This document shows positions 38,977-53,226 of a DNA stretch of 64,000 nt, in pieces. Each line of letters starts with the position of its first letter. Within the stretch, counting starts at the first letter, position 1. The DNA is from Octopus vulgaris (Eukaryota). Both the position numbers and the translations under genes were made by a program. The stretch spans positions 108,252,001 to 108,316,000 of the forward strand of contig OX597815.1 of the NCBI GenBank assembly GCA_951406725.2, written 5' to 3'. The notes under the pieces were generated by a model. That model was given only the letters and a program-made list of their open reading frames with translations. It was not told the DNA's origin and did not search any database.

Positions 38977-40595
38977 ATCTTGGCAAATGAACATATGTGT
39001 GTGACAAGCAGGGTGATTAAATGGTGTGTGAAGATGAGGATGAAGTGAGTGAGGAAGTTGGGAAGTGGAGTGAAGAAGATGAAAGGCTGGTAAAGAAACC
39101 TGCAAAAGGCTAGGGTTAGAGGTGGCACAGGGGAAGAGGAAACATGTGTGTATATATGTATGTAACATTCCCTAGTGTAAAGTGAAACTTGGCCACATCC
39201 CCAAAAGGAATCTATGTTCATAAATGCAATATCAAAAAATGTTGTTGGTCAATTTCATGAAAGTACCTGGATCATGTGAGTTCTTTAAAATAATTCTCTT
39301 CTCTACCAAAGAGAGCCTGCATCCCTGTTGCTCTTGAGATACAATATAGATCCTCAAGGGGTGCACATTGAATATCTTTCTATACTCACATATCACTGGA
39401 AAATGCCTGTCTATTAACTTAAGAAAAGTCCTAGATACACAAGTTTAGTCATTATGGGAGAATAAGAGTGCAAGCCAAATGATCTTATAGTGACAGCTTC
39501 CCTTAGACGACTGGGGTTAGGCCCATAACTAATGCAGTCCTTAAAACTGCTAATAGCCAGGGTTTCATTATATTGACTGGCTATGATGTTGAAGATAAAT
39601 TGGAGATTCTCTTGCTAATTACATATCAAAATATGACAAGTATTACAATGAAGTCAGTTTAACTCTAGAAAAGATTTCAAATCAATAATTAAGATGAGAA
39701 CAAACTATTTTATCTTCATTGTGGTGTTAATAGTGTTATGGGCAGTGATGGAGCAATGTGGTGTTGGTGGAGGGGATTGCAGATGAGGTAGATGGAAGTG
39801 AGCACTGCACAGGGCATGCCTAGGCAGGAAGCATGTGTGGTTAGTTCAAGCAGAGACGGCAGTGTGAAAAGATGTGCTTATTTCTTGAGAGTGATCACTC
39901 ATTCCGCCGAGGTCAACAGGTAAGGCCTTTTGTATTTCTTTCTCTCGTTTGCTTCTTTTTTTGTTGTCTTTTTCCTCCATCACACTACATTCACCAACAA
40001 CGCATTATTTTCCACTTGATGTGCTGTATTAATATATGGCTTGAAAAGCTTGAACATTGGGAAAGAAACTTGTCATGTTACCTCCCTTTATTTGGTAATT
40101 TCTAATTCTATCAGGATTGATTTTACTTTTACATCTTTTGATATCAATAAAATAAGTACCAAATGAGCGCTGGGGTTGATTTAATTGACTGTGCCATACA
40201 AGGGGCTTTTGTGTGGCCTTGTGAAAGCATGTGACCTCATGGTTAGGATGTTGTACTCCCAATTGCTAGATTATGGGTCTGATTCCCAGAACAGCTGGTA
40301 TGTTGTGTTCATGAGCAAAACGCTTCATTTCATGTCACTCTAGTCATGTGTGGAGCCTGGCATTTCAAATAGTAGATGCAATGCTTCTTCTGCTTGTCGT
40401 AAAAGGCAACTAAAAGAGGTTGAGGTAGGATTTGCATTCTGACTTTGTAGAACCCTCACCAGCAATGACTACCCAGACAGACTCATGGATTGGAGGGTTA
40501 TTGCCTAAGTGGTGCAAACATGTCAACCAGCAGTAGAAAATCACTAACAAATGGTGGCTGCAGCAGTGCACCATTATAGTGCATACCCCCTCCCT

Positions 40596-40600
40596 ACTAG

Positions 40601-40643
<43 letters not shown>

Positions 40644-40718
40644 GCTACTACTACTACTACTACTACTGCTGCTGCTGCTACTGCTGCTGCTGCTGCTGTT
40701 GCTACTAATACTACTACT
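40596..40718. repeat. (CTA)n/(CTG)n microsatellite
   Basis: Direct reading. Confidence 0.95.
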
Positions 40719-43700
40719 TGTGTCTAAGTCAGAAGTTGTTATACAAGCAAGAATCCAGAAATCTTATCTCCAAAGTCAATTCGCCATTCATCTATAACAC
40801 TATTTAATAAATGAATAAAAATATATCGATAATAAAAATTCCTTACATAACCCCAAGATATAGATTTATAGGAGAACGGGCAAATTATGATCATTTTATG
40901 TCTACATAAAGTCTTTCAATTGTTTATTATGTCATCTAAACAAGGAGATAGGGAACATGGGACTAATGTTTGTGATATTAGATACAAATCTGAAAGACTG
41001 AAGACAGTGTTAGTACAATGAGCAGAAAATTTCTGACTGCAGTTGGGAGAAGAACATTTGAGCTGTAACTCCCAAATGAGAATTTAGAAATGGATATGAA
41101 GCAGCTTTATCTGAAAAGCAAAACGAGATTATAAAATCAGCGATTTTTAGTGTAGTGAAAACTTATTATGACTCTGTTTGCAAGCAATAATATAACCAAT
41201 AATAATAATGTTAATAATAATAATGCAGCCTATAATACTAATATTTCAAAATTTTGTGAAAAGGAAATATACAAAAGAAAACACAAAACAAGAAACAGAG
41301 GGGGATTTACAATTAGTAAAAGTATGATATCAACTAAACAATAGCCATATTAATAAGCAGTTAATAATAAATAGCAATAACAGCATACAACAAAAACAGT
41401 GATATTAAATGCTGCTTAGTTAATAGTCTTTCTTGTAGGGAGTAACATTGTTGTTAATTGAGACAGCCTTGGTATATTAATAGTATTCATTTTACTAACT
41501 CCAGAATGATAAGAGTAGAAACTGGTAATAAAAATAATTGATTTCTGACTTAGGAATAAGACCATGTATTAATTAGATAAGAAATGCAATAGTTCAACAT
41601 ACATCAACAAACACGATGCTTAGACATAATAAAATGTTGCTTCTTGGGGATCACTGAGAGTTTCAGGCCTCACAACATATTGCCCTTATCCAGGCAACCC
41701 AATTTAGGTTGATCAAGTCCCGGCCTATGACCAAGCAGCATTTTACTGGCTTCACATGTCACTTTTTTTTTTCACTCAGAACAGTCTAGATGCTTTCTCA
41801 GTAATCTCTACAAGAAGATTAGTGACAGATCAACATTTTACATGTTTGCTTTGTGACTTGATACGAGAATGTGTGTTGAATTGAAAAGTCTTCTTTGTTA
41901 TTCTAGATTCTCATTTATTGTTATATCAATTTTTGTTTCATTTCACAAGAGGATTGTTTTATAGATAGTATTGAACATTTTCATCATACACTTATGACTT
42001 GATCACCAGCACTATTACAAAATTGTGTTAGTAACCAGATCACAGATGTACTATAACATTTTTTGATACTTTATAATATATAATACTATCATGGAATAAA
42101 GGAAAGTTAAAGTATGTGTGTCTTAAATATCTCTCATGACTTTAATCAAACTCATTAGTGACAAAAATGAAGTAAATTAATTTGAAAATTGAAATGGTCT
42201 CACTTACTCAGTGGATAGGAAAATTTTTTTCTTTAGCACTTACTGCAGAATTCTTATATGGAATGAATTAACATCATGGACAAACAAATGAGGGAGATTT
42301 TTTTTATAGGAACCTACATCTTGCTTGACATAGTAGCCAAATCTCACTCAAAATCCATTCTACCATGTTAAAAAGAAGATTCATTAGATAATTTAGTCTA
42401 AGGTAGTCACAAGGTTACAAACTGACAGAACTATGAGAGCATTCAATAGAATGCATTATGGTGTCTGTTCCTGAGGATCTTTGGGTTCAAATCTCATTGA
42501 AGAATACTTTGCTGTTCCTGTTTTTAGGATAAATAAAAAGTAACAATATGGTAGATTGGAGTAACTGTTAGAAGGCCAAGAAAATGCCTTGTGGTATTTA
42601 GTCCAGCTGTTTGTGTTTTGATGGCAATAATTGCGATGTCAGTGGAGCCAACCTGTATTGGCCCAAGTTGGCATAGCAAGGGAAGACCTAACATGTATGG
42701 GAAACTATGCCCATGCCAGCACATAGATGTACAGAGGCATAGATCATCTTAACTGACATAGGTCTCCTTAGATAGGCATGAAAATACACAATGGTCAATT
42801 GCTGGAATGTCTTTCATCACAGATGTTCCCAGTCAAGATTGAATCAAGGTTAAACAACAACAATACAACCACTATTATATGTAAATGATTGAATAAAGAA
42901 CTTAATACAGATGGTCAGGTGTTATACCATCTGCAATAAATACAAAGCCCACATTACAATCGCTTCCTTCAAAGAAGATATATCAATGTGTCTTGTGCTG
43001 GTGCCCTGTAAAAAGCACCTGTGCTGGCACCCCATAGAAAGCACCCATACTAGTGCCATGTATAAATTACTTGTGCCACATAAAAAGAACCCAGTATGCA
43101 TTGTAAAGCGGTTGGTATTAAGAAAAACATCAAGCCATAGAAACCATGCCAAAACAGACAACTGGAACCTGGTGTAGCTCTCCAGCTGGCCACCACTTGT
43201 CAAACCACCCAACCCATGCCAGCATGGAAAATAGATGTTAAATGCTGCTGCTGATGATGATGATTATGATGAAGTGCTTTCACTACAATCTAGATACACT
43301 TTACTTTCACTACAGTCTAGATACACTTTACTTCATGCTGCTCTAGTCAACCCAGCTCTTATGAATAGCAGCTAATACAGCCCTGTCTGTGTAACCCTGT
43401 GTAACTCAATTCTGAGACAAGAGTAATATCAAAAAGACAAAGCTTGACGTCAGCCAAATTTTGTCTCTTGTCTTAGTCAAATATATAATTCAATATACCA
43501 TTACTATATCCATGAACTACTTCACCTAAATTAATGGATATTATTAATTTAAGCAGACTTTAAGAAACCAACTCATTAATCATAGAACAAGTCACTTTGT
43601 ACAATGAAATTCATACTCAAAATCTACATCATTCTTTCTTGAAAACATTTCAGGGAGAATCTATTTGTAGTTTTATTTTAGTAAAACCATTAAATTAATA

Positions 43701-44982
43701 ACATGAAAAGTAAACATGAAATAAAGAAGAGAAAGTAAAAAATAAAAGTAAAACATGTGTGTACATCACAAGTAGTTTCCAGGAAAAGTCTTTCAGTTAT
43801 TCTTTGGAAGTGAATGTAAAGAGGTGTTTTTCAAAGGATCAAACAAGAGGAATATTTAATCTACCTGATCATAATTGCTTCTAGTCTAGTTACAAGGCCA
43901 CATGCTTGCGTGGAGGGGAATATTTATATTGACCCCAGTAATTGAATGGTACTTTATTTTATTGACTCTTGAAAGATGAAAGGCAAAATTGACAGTGGTG
44001 AGAATGGATCTCAGAATCTAGAGTGATGCAAATAAATATTGCAGAATAATAATCTACTGCTCTAATCTGTCTGGTCAGAATGGTAAATATCTTTGGTAGT
44101 ATCATTTGATAAGAGACAGTAGTGGAAGTCTATGGGTTGTTAGAGTAATATGTAAGCTGACTAATAAAAAAAAATGAAACTCTTTTTGAGTCACATAAGC
44201 TGTTTTCCTGGATTCTTTGGCATATATACTCCTTCCAGGATGGGATGCCTGTCTGTTGCAAGAATACTCATTTTTGCTAGTTAAGTGAACTGGAGCAATG
44301 TCAAATGAAGTGTTATACTCAGCACAAAACATTGCCTGGTCCAGGAATCAAAACCACAATCTTACAATCATGTGCCCAACATCCTCACTATTAAGCCACG
44401 TGCCTACACTGAGCTGATTATTGTTGTTTTTGTTTTACACCAGTTAATATTGATTGATCAGACCTTGATGTTCTAGTCCTGACTATTTTTTCTCCGGTCT
44501 AAGTATAGCTAAGGCAACATTATCAAGTGCGTTAGTACATTTTAAGTCAGTAGGGTGTAATTTGAAGGAAATTTGGCTACTGTTTCTAGCAGTACGAGTG
44601 ACTATGTAAAGGCACTCTGGTTGGCTGGTCACAAGCTGGCATTATTATATTTGTTGATTGAAACTGACAGGCAACAGATGAAATCAATTAGTAATATAAT
44701 AAAAATGGAGAAAGAGACAAAAAGAAAACAACAATAACAGAGTATCAAATGAAAATAATACATCTATCGCTAATTAAGTAAAGAATTTTCTCTTTAGAGA
44801 ATAATACTTATCAATGCTATGATGAAGAAATATTAAATAAAACAAATAATAATGAATATATTGGTGGAAATATAGAATTTCAGGATAATATAAGCCAAAA
44901 AGAAAAGGAAGAAAAATGTCAATACATGTAACAGAAAATATAAAACATACACACACACTCACACACAAACACACACACATAC

Positions 44983-45051
<69 letters not shown>

Positions 45052-45672
45052 AGGGTTAAAGAAAAATTTATCGTTTTTGCTTATATTATGCTGGCTAATC
45101 CAAAAGATCGATAAAATCATTTGAGATCTGAGCTTTCATACAGTGAAAACTGTAAAAGATAACACACACACAAACACATGCACTTACTCTCGCACACACA
45201 TGCATGCATGCAGGCACACACACACACACACACGCACACAAAACAAGTTTATCATTGTCAGAGACATTATTTCAACAATGTTAGGTTGGCTGAAGAAACT
45301 ACCAAAGAAGAGATATCATTCAAAATAGAATGTGTGATATTTCTAACAAATGTGGCAAAAGATTTTGTATAATCTTCATAAAAAATAAAAGAAACATTTG
45401 TTTTACAAAATGTTCTTTCATTCTTTTACAGAAAACTTGTATAGTTTCCTGTCAGCTTGCTAGTTGCTTCTTTTTACATCCATTTTTTACATGATAGTTG
45501 AAGTCTTCTTAATGTCTAATCTGGTCTGTCTTTAGACATTCTAGAAGCATGCTAATATTTCTAGAAACAAGGTTGCTTGTCCTACGTTAAATCCTCTTCT
45601 TCGTTGATGAATGCTGCAAGTTTTTTGCCATGATCATTTTCATAGCATATCAAAGACAATTCAGAGGAAGAA

Positions 45673-45763
<91 letters not shown>

Positions 45764-47962
45764 TTATGCATAGCACCATATTTATTGACCCTGAAAGGAT
45801 GAATAGCAGAGTTGATCTTAGCATAATTGGTTCTCAGAACAATAATTATATCTCAGAATAAAGCATTATATCCAACACACACAAACAACAACAACTCTGC
45901 CTGTTCACTTCTTTGACAGCTTCGATAGAATATTTTACAATAAATTTAGACATTTCTGCACAATTGGAACAATTTGTGATTTTCTTTTATATATCAAAAT
46001 GTACACTCTGCAAAGTGGTTGACATTAGGAAGAGCATCCAGCTATAGTAACCATGTCAAAACAGACAAATGGGACCTGGTACAGCTCTCCACCTTGCCAG
46101 CTACATGGAAAATGGACGTTAAATAATGAGGACGACGTCAACGATGATGATGATGATGATGCAAATGCATCTCTTTCTTCACCATTTTTTAATAACTGTT
46201 GTCATCAAGAAGACTGGAAAATAGGTTCTACTCGATGACTATGCAGTAATTAGAACTAGCTTAATGTGAGTCAATGACAGAGTTTGTCACTTGCAAGATG
46301 TAGAAGCCAGATCTCTCTCAAATAAAATCCTATGATCTTAAGAAAAAGCATTGATGGACACATTTGTTAATGTAGTTTTAGATATACCAGGCTATATCAA
46401 TGAGGGTGAGTAATGGCATGCAACCAGAACATCACAGTATACAAAAGTACAGTATTCAAATGTAGAATGACATGTAAATTTGCTGATTAATGTCTAGACT
46501 TTTAAAATAACTAAAATTTTAATTTTAAAAAGTACTTTATGGGAAAAAATATTTATGAAAATCAATGGAAAAGAAAGAAATAAAGGAATTGGTTGAAGCA
46601 TTATGTTTTAGAAGTTTATTGATTTGTAGTAGAATATGGGAAAAACCTCAACAAAAACAAAACGCAAAAACGAAAAAATCTTTGGATTAAGTACCATTAC
46701 TGTGTTTCTTTTTCTTGAATATTGCAAAAAGCATGTTTTGTTTCAAGTTTCGTTCATTTTCTTTTTCCTTTTTTTTTTGTGCATAGCCCTTTGGCAGCTG
46801 ATTCTGTATTTCAACATGTCTTTTGACTTACATAGCTCTCTTGAAAAGCACATGACAACAGATATCTACATCTATTGTCATGTGCTTTTCATCTTAAAAG
46901 TATTTTAAAAATAACATCATATTCTTTAATTGAGAATTTTTTTCCATTTGTGTCTCTGCCACATTTGTTCTGTCTTAGCAATCATCATCACTAGATACAC
47001 ATTGCTGATCTAAATTTAAAAATGCCTTGACTATTGAGGTCAGCATCAAGCTAGTCAAGTAATTCACTGACATTCATTGTCTATTCTCAACATTTCCCAG
47101 GTGTAAACAAAGCTGAGTGATTTCTGCTATGGCTGTTAGTATCTTCAGGCTGTAATTTTCCTTTCTTCGCCAAGTAGGTTTTATTGACTTTTACTGATGC
47201 AAACTACCAATATTCTCTTTCAATTCTAGTCACTATATCTTATTAATAGTACATCATCATCATCATCATCATCATCATCATAATTACCAACAACAATAGC
47301 ACCACTACCACCAACCCACCACCACTGCCATCAGGCACATCACCCATCATCATCATCTTGTTATTGACATCATCATCATCGTTATTATGGAGTATCTGTA
47401 ATCCTGCTGGTTGTGAGTCATCACTGAAGAGGATATCTTCCACTTCAAATTTGAAATAGTAACAGACATATATTTGAAATGATGAGAATTTCTAAGAACA
47501 CAATACTAAATAGGAAATTACTTCATAAGATGCTACAATATATATAATATAAGATGCATATATTGATATATACATATATATCAATCAAAGTGTATGGTAT
47601 TATATACCCATTACTGCTGATCTTACCAATTGGTTTTGCACTAGGGGTTCAATGAAGTGTTAAGTAACAGTCCGATTATGTAGCCCTGTGCTCTTCAGAG
47701 GTAGCTGTTACAGAATGAAATATGGTGACTATGTATAATATATATATATATACAGAGAGAGAGAGGGAAGGAGACAGAGGGGAGAGATAAAGGGAGAGAG
47801 AGAGAAGTAGATAGATACATATACATTTATATGTATATGTACATGTATAATATATATTATACAAATACATATACATATATATGTGTATGTATATGTATAA
47901 TATATATCATATGACACATATATATGTATATACAATGTATGTATATATGGATAGATATGGAT

Positions 47963-48890
47963 ATAAGTAAAAACAGGAGTTCGACAGAGTTGTATACTTT
48001 CTCTATTTTTATTTCTAGTAGTTATAGATTGGATTATGAAGGAAACTACAATTGAAAGCCAAACAGGCATTGAATTGACGGATGCAGAAGCTCTAGAAGA
48101 TCTTGACTTTGCAGATGATATAGCGCTATTTTCACAAACATATAGTCAAAGGCAAAATAAAACATCAAAATTAGAAGCAATAACTGCCAAACAAGGATTG
48201 AAAATCAACCTTGACAAATCAAAAATTATGTGCATTAATGAAGAAAACAGAGAATGTATTAAACTAGAAACTGGTGAACTAGAGGATGTAGCCGAGTTTA
48301 TGTATTTAGGTAGTAAGATAACGTTTTCAGGCGGCACCAACAAAGATATTAAGACGAGAATAATTAAGGCAAGAACCGCTTTTCACCTGTTAAAAAAAGT
48401 ATGGAGCGCAAGTGTAATTTCAATAAAGAACAAAATAAGAATTTTTATCACTAACGTAAAAGCGGTGTTATTGTATGGGGCTGAGATATGGCGAACAACA
48501 GTTAAGTCAAATAAGCAAATACAATCATTCATCAACAGATGCTTGCATAGTATACTTAAAATTAGATGGCCCAAACACATAAGCAATATGGAGCTATGGC
48601 AAAGAACAACTCAAGTTTCGATTAGGGAGCAAATATTTAAGAAAAAGTGGAAGTGGATTGGTAGCACAATTAGAAAAGACACACCAAATGTAGCGAAAAG
48701 TGCTTTACAGTGGAAACCGGATGGATATAGAAAGAGAGGTAGGCCTAAGAACTTGTGGCATAGATCAACACAAAAGGAACTAGAGAAAGGGAAACATTCA
48801 TGGCAGAATATAATTACAGAAGTGAAAAATTATGCAACATGGAATTCAATTATAAGTGGCCTATACTCCACGTTGGAGGGTTAAAGGCAG
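47963..48890 (+). mobile_element. 5'-truncated RTE-clade LINE with open RT C-terminal ORF (48036-48884)
   Basis: VKTGVRQSCILS, LEDLDFADDIAL, FMYLGS, VLLYGAEIW, GYRKRGRPK. Confidence 0.92.
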
Positions 48891-48971
48891 AAAAAAAAAT
48901 AGATATAAATAGAGTTACCTATGCACACATACAAACACACATATACACATGCGGGGACACACACACATGCA

Positions 48972-49008
<37 letters not shown>

Positions 49009-49614
49009 ACACACACACACAGAGTCACTTGTGTAGCCTATGTATTTACAACAAAAAAAAAAAGCCTACTGCTGTGGTTTTTGTCTGAAAGAAAAATCAC
49101 TTCACAGAGATACCTTAAAGACAAAATGTATACCAAAGCAAAATGAACTTATATTGCTGATGAAAAATGTATATTAATGAGAGAGGTAGTATTAATTCTG
49201 AAAAGTAATATTTATTCCCATTTATATGTGGATGTTCCATTAGAACAAACTATACTGTAGTGGATGCCATGAGAGAAACTCTCATATTGGCTTTTGGTGC
49301 AAAATGCTCTTGTGTGGAGAGATAAATCTTCACCATCTTCAGCACTGGGGCCATCAGATCATGTGATTTTGACCTTCCTTGGTCAGAAAGGAGAAAGCTG
49401 ATTTGAAGACTACAGATCCAAGCCATCCCTAGAACTGTAAAAATCTGTAAAACTTTCCAGAAGTTTATCATTTGAGTATATATGAGTATGTCTAGACATA
49501 CAATTATATGCATGAAAACTGATGCATAAAACAAAACATACATATCTGTACGTATGCATACATACATACATACATACATACATACATACATACATACATA
49601 CATACATACATACA

Positions 49615-49647
<33 letters not shown>

Positions 49648-49658
49648 GCATACATACA

Positions 49659-49691
<33 letters not shown>

Positions 49692-50329
49692 GCATACATA
49701 CATACATACATATAATATTAAAATACAAAACCACAAATCTTGCAATTACTGCTAACCAGGGTTTCCTGGTTGTAATAATTTGTTCTGCCATTTATTAAGC
49801 TGAAAACAAGACCATTGGTCAGTTGTCTTTTGAGCAGATAATGTTTAAACTTTTATAACTAATCAAGTGCTTTTCCACTTGTTGAAGCATTACCATGTAA
49901 CACACACACACATATATATATACATACACACACATATATTATTTGACTCAGGTCCATGCAGCTTAATATTTGTAGGCTTCCAGAATGAACCGAACTTGAC
50001 AGGCATTTGGAGATAGAGTGACAGGATATGAGACAAATTCAAGATGGCAACTAGATATTAGGCCTCTATTGGTCAACTCATGTCATGGGGTGTTATTGGT
50101 CTGGAGGTGACATATTTATTTTCATTGTTCTTAGGCTTATGTGGATGGAGAAGATGTTGGCAGATACCTGTTGTTGCTGCATTTGCTGCTACACATGGCA
50201 GAGTGGAGTGTTGTAGGAGTAACAAGATTTGGTGACACTGGATTAAAATTTGATGATGCTGTGTTGAATTCTTAACATGGATAAAGAAGCAGTCTATACA
50301 GGAAGCAAGGATTAAGTATCAAGCTCTTG

Positions 50330-51120
50330 AGTATAGAGCTGCCAGGTCTTAGGTGGTGTATCTGAATTGTTAGCTGCCAGTGACTTGAAGTTCATTAATA
50401 AAGTGTACATCTGGTGGCAACAATAAGCTAGTTCATTCTTCCAGTTGACAGATAGTGAAGATTGGTAGAGTATGTGTGGTCTCTCATGGTGGCAGAGTTG
50501 GTGATTACAAGATCCAGGTGAGTATGGAGGGACTCTGTCAATGATACTCCATTTGATGTTGGGGAAATTGTTTTGATGGTCACATGGTCACAGAGTCTCA
50601 ATATGAAAGAGGACAGATAAAAAAAAGACATCTCAAAGGAGTACATATGCTGTGTTTGCCTTCGCATGAAGTCATTGACTTTCATGTCCATGAAGTGTCT
50701 TGTAATGTCATCGGATGGTGTGAGGGTGATTCTATAGGCCATAACCCTTGAAGGCAGGATCCTCTCAGTGGTAGAATTCTGGTAGTTACAAGTGGGGTGT
50801 GTATTGATGGTTGTGTAGGTGTGTGTTTACTTCTGTTGTAGTATGCAAAGTTAGAAGTTATGTTGTCTAAGCAGGAGTAACTGACCATGAGATTTTGGGG
50901 GTTGCTAAGTTTAATGGCCAGGTTCTAACTTGGGCCACAGCAACAAAGTCCACCTGCCACACTTTTCAGTCCATCATCACTGCCTCAAGGTTCTGGATAC
51001 ATTTTTCAGGCCAGTGTCTACAATCAAGTTGTCAATATAAGTGTGACAACGTTTTCCTCTTCTTGCATCACCATGAAATGGGTTCCACAAGACTAATTTG
51101 GAATCTTCCAGTTCAGGGTG
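50330..51120 (-). mobile_element. Degraded Penelope-like element (linker plus GIY-YIG region)
   Basis: VSYSCLDNI (cf. ISYSCMPN), PLRGSCL..AYRIT (cf. CPL.G.CL..VIY) and NIKWSIID. Confidence 0.6.
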
Positions 51121-51350
51121 GCACACACAGTGACCAGGTAAGCACAGACGTCTTTGCCTGATCTAGTGAAATAGATCAAGTACAACAGCTGCTCAGTAGA
51201 GTAGAAACGTCAGCTGTTAAAATTAGATTACACACAAACATCAAGAAAACTGAATACATGTCTTTCAGCCAATCAAGTAATGCTGAACTGTTGTTTGCTT
51301 TGAGTGGTTCCAAATTGAATGTTGCTGAATACTTCAAGTACTTAGAATGC

Positions 51351-51505
51351 TTATGGGTTTGAGGAACATGTTTCTTAATTAGTGTCAGGGAGCTCCATGC
51401 TATGCTGGTTGAAACTTTTATGTTAAATGGTGGATTAGAAGTTTCAACCAATATAAGCAAGGAGCTTCTGACACTAATTAAGTAACATTTCCTTAGAACC
51501 TATAA
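51351..51505. repeat. MITE-like fold-back with ~70-bp arms
   Basis: TTATGGGTT..CTTAATTAGTGTCAG..GGTTGAAACTT / AAGTTTCAACC..CTGACACTAATTAAG..AACCTATAA. Confidence 0.8.
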
Positions 51506-52527
51506 ACATAAACTTCTCAAAGAATAGCTCAAAATTATAGAATAAGGTAAAAAAATAACTATGCTACTATGTTACAAGAGACTCTGAGTGCTCAAGTTTA
51601 GATATGTTAAAAATGGCCAGGCAGAAGATGAAAATCAAATCCAACTTGTCATTCCATTTACATTATTATTCATGAAAATTGATTTTGTCTGGAAATCTAC
51701 AACTGGTTTGATGTATCACCACAGACACAAGCACTGTACTCAATTAGGTGGCCTCACACTAGCTTACTGAAATATACAGGTGTTCTCCAACACAGAAATG
51801 CATTGACTAATTATAAAGCCAATGTTTATTGAAATACATGTCATATTCAAAATTTAATAGAATTTATAGACAGAGTTTAATTTTTCCTATGAATTTTTTT
51901 CTATGAATGCCTTTTTCTAAACTGATCATCATTTTGGTTCAGGCACTGCTGATAATGCAAAGCAAGAGAATCACACACATCAAGGAAGATCTTGTTTGGC
52001 AATTGTGCACATTGTCATTTAATGGCTGCCCTTGATTCATCATACTGTAAACATTTTGTGGAGGCACCCTGTGTATATAGTGTGGCTGTACAAGAAGTTT
52101 TGTTCCCAACCACACAGTGGTGCCTTGGAAAAGTGTCTTCTACTACAGCTCTGAGTCAGCCAAAGCCTTGTGAGTGGACTTAGCAGATGGAAACTGAAAG
52201 GATCCTATTATGTGTGTGTGTATGTCTGTGTGCACATATGCGTGTGTGTATATTTGTGTGTAAGTATGCAAGTGTGTGTGTGTGTGTTTGTGCGTGTGAA
52301 GGTTTATTTGCATGTACTCTTGTCTTGAACATCATTATCATACAAGCAATACTACTTTTTTCCAGTCTTCCATGAAAAACATTTCTGGTTATGTAGAAAT
52401 ATTATTTTGCTTGGAAACAGGTGAGGACTGGCCACAGGAAGGGCATCTAGCTTTAGAAAATCTGCCTCAGCACATTTAGTTTGAATCTTGCAAGCATGGA
52501 AAAGGTGATGTTAAATTATGTTGATGT

Positions 52528-52564
<37 letters not shown>

Positions 52565-52570
52565 AATGAT

Positions 52571-52598
<28 letters not shown>

Positions 52599-52602
<4 letters not shown>

Positions 52603-53171
52603 GGCATGCAGGAAGTAAATAGACACCTTTAATTTGCAAAATCTTTTACTTGATGTTAATTGGTTGAAGGAGTGGTTTTCTTCTAACTGCTCATCCATAA
52701 TACTCAAGCTTATGCAGATATGTAACACACATTCTTAGACTAACTTTTAGCTGTTTTGCAATGTCAGAAGCCTTTGAACAGGGTTCGTTTTCCACAATTC
52801 TCTTCAAACAGTGAAGCTTCCTTTCCGAGAGCCCAGGTCAGCCGGGACAAGAATCTGTTGATTCTTTTCCTTGGCTTTCGAATTGCACTATAATTCTATT
52901 AACAATAGCAAGAGGAATTAGATTTTTGGCAATTTTTTGCTGGCTAAGACCAGCCTCAGATTGCCAAACAATATGACCTCTTTGAAAATCTGAGTTCTGC
53001 TGAATTTTTTGTGCATGGCAAGGTTACTCTTCACAAATGTTTAATATAATGGCATCTGGAATGAAAAAGAACAATTACATTGTAAATTCTACACTGCTGA
53101 AAACATATTAAGATGCTTAGATCATAAATTTTGAAAACCAAATGTGTCTATTTACTTCCTGCATATCTGTG
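52599..53171 (-). mobile_element. Internally deleted copy of the Tc1 family at 10922-12171
   Basis: Both TIRs are present; the internal sequence is the reverse complement of 10922-11400. Confidence 0.9.
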
Positions 53172-53175
53172 TATG

Positions 53176-53226
<51 letters not shown>

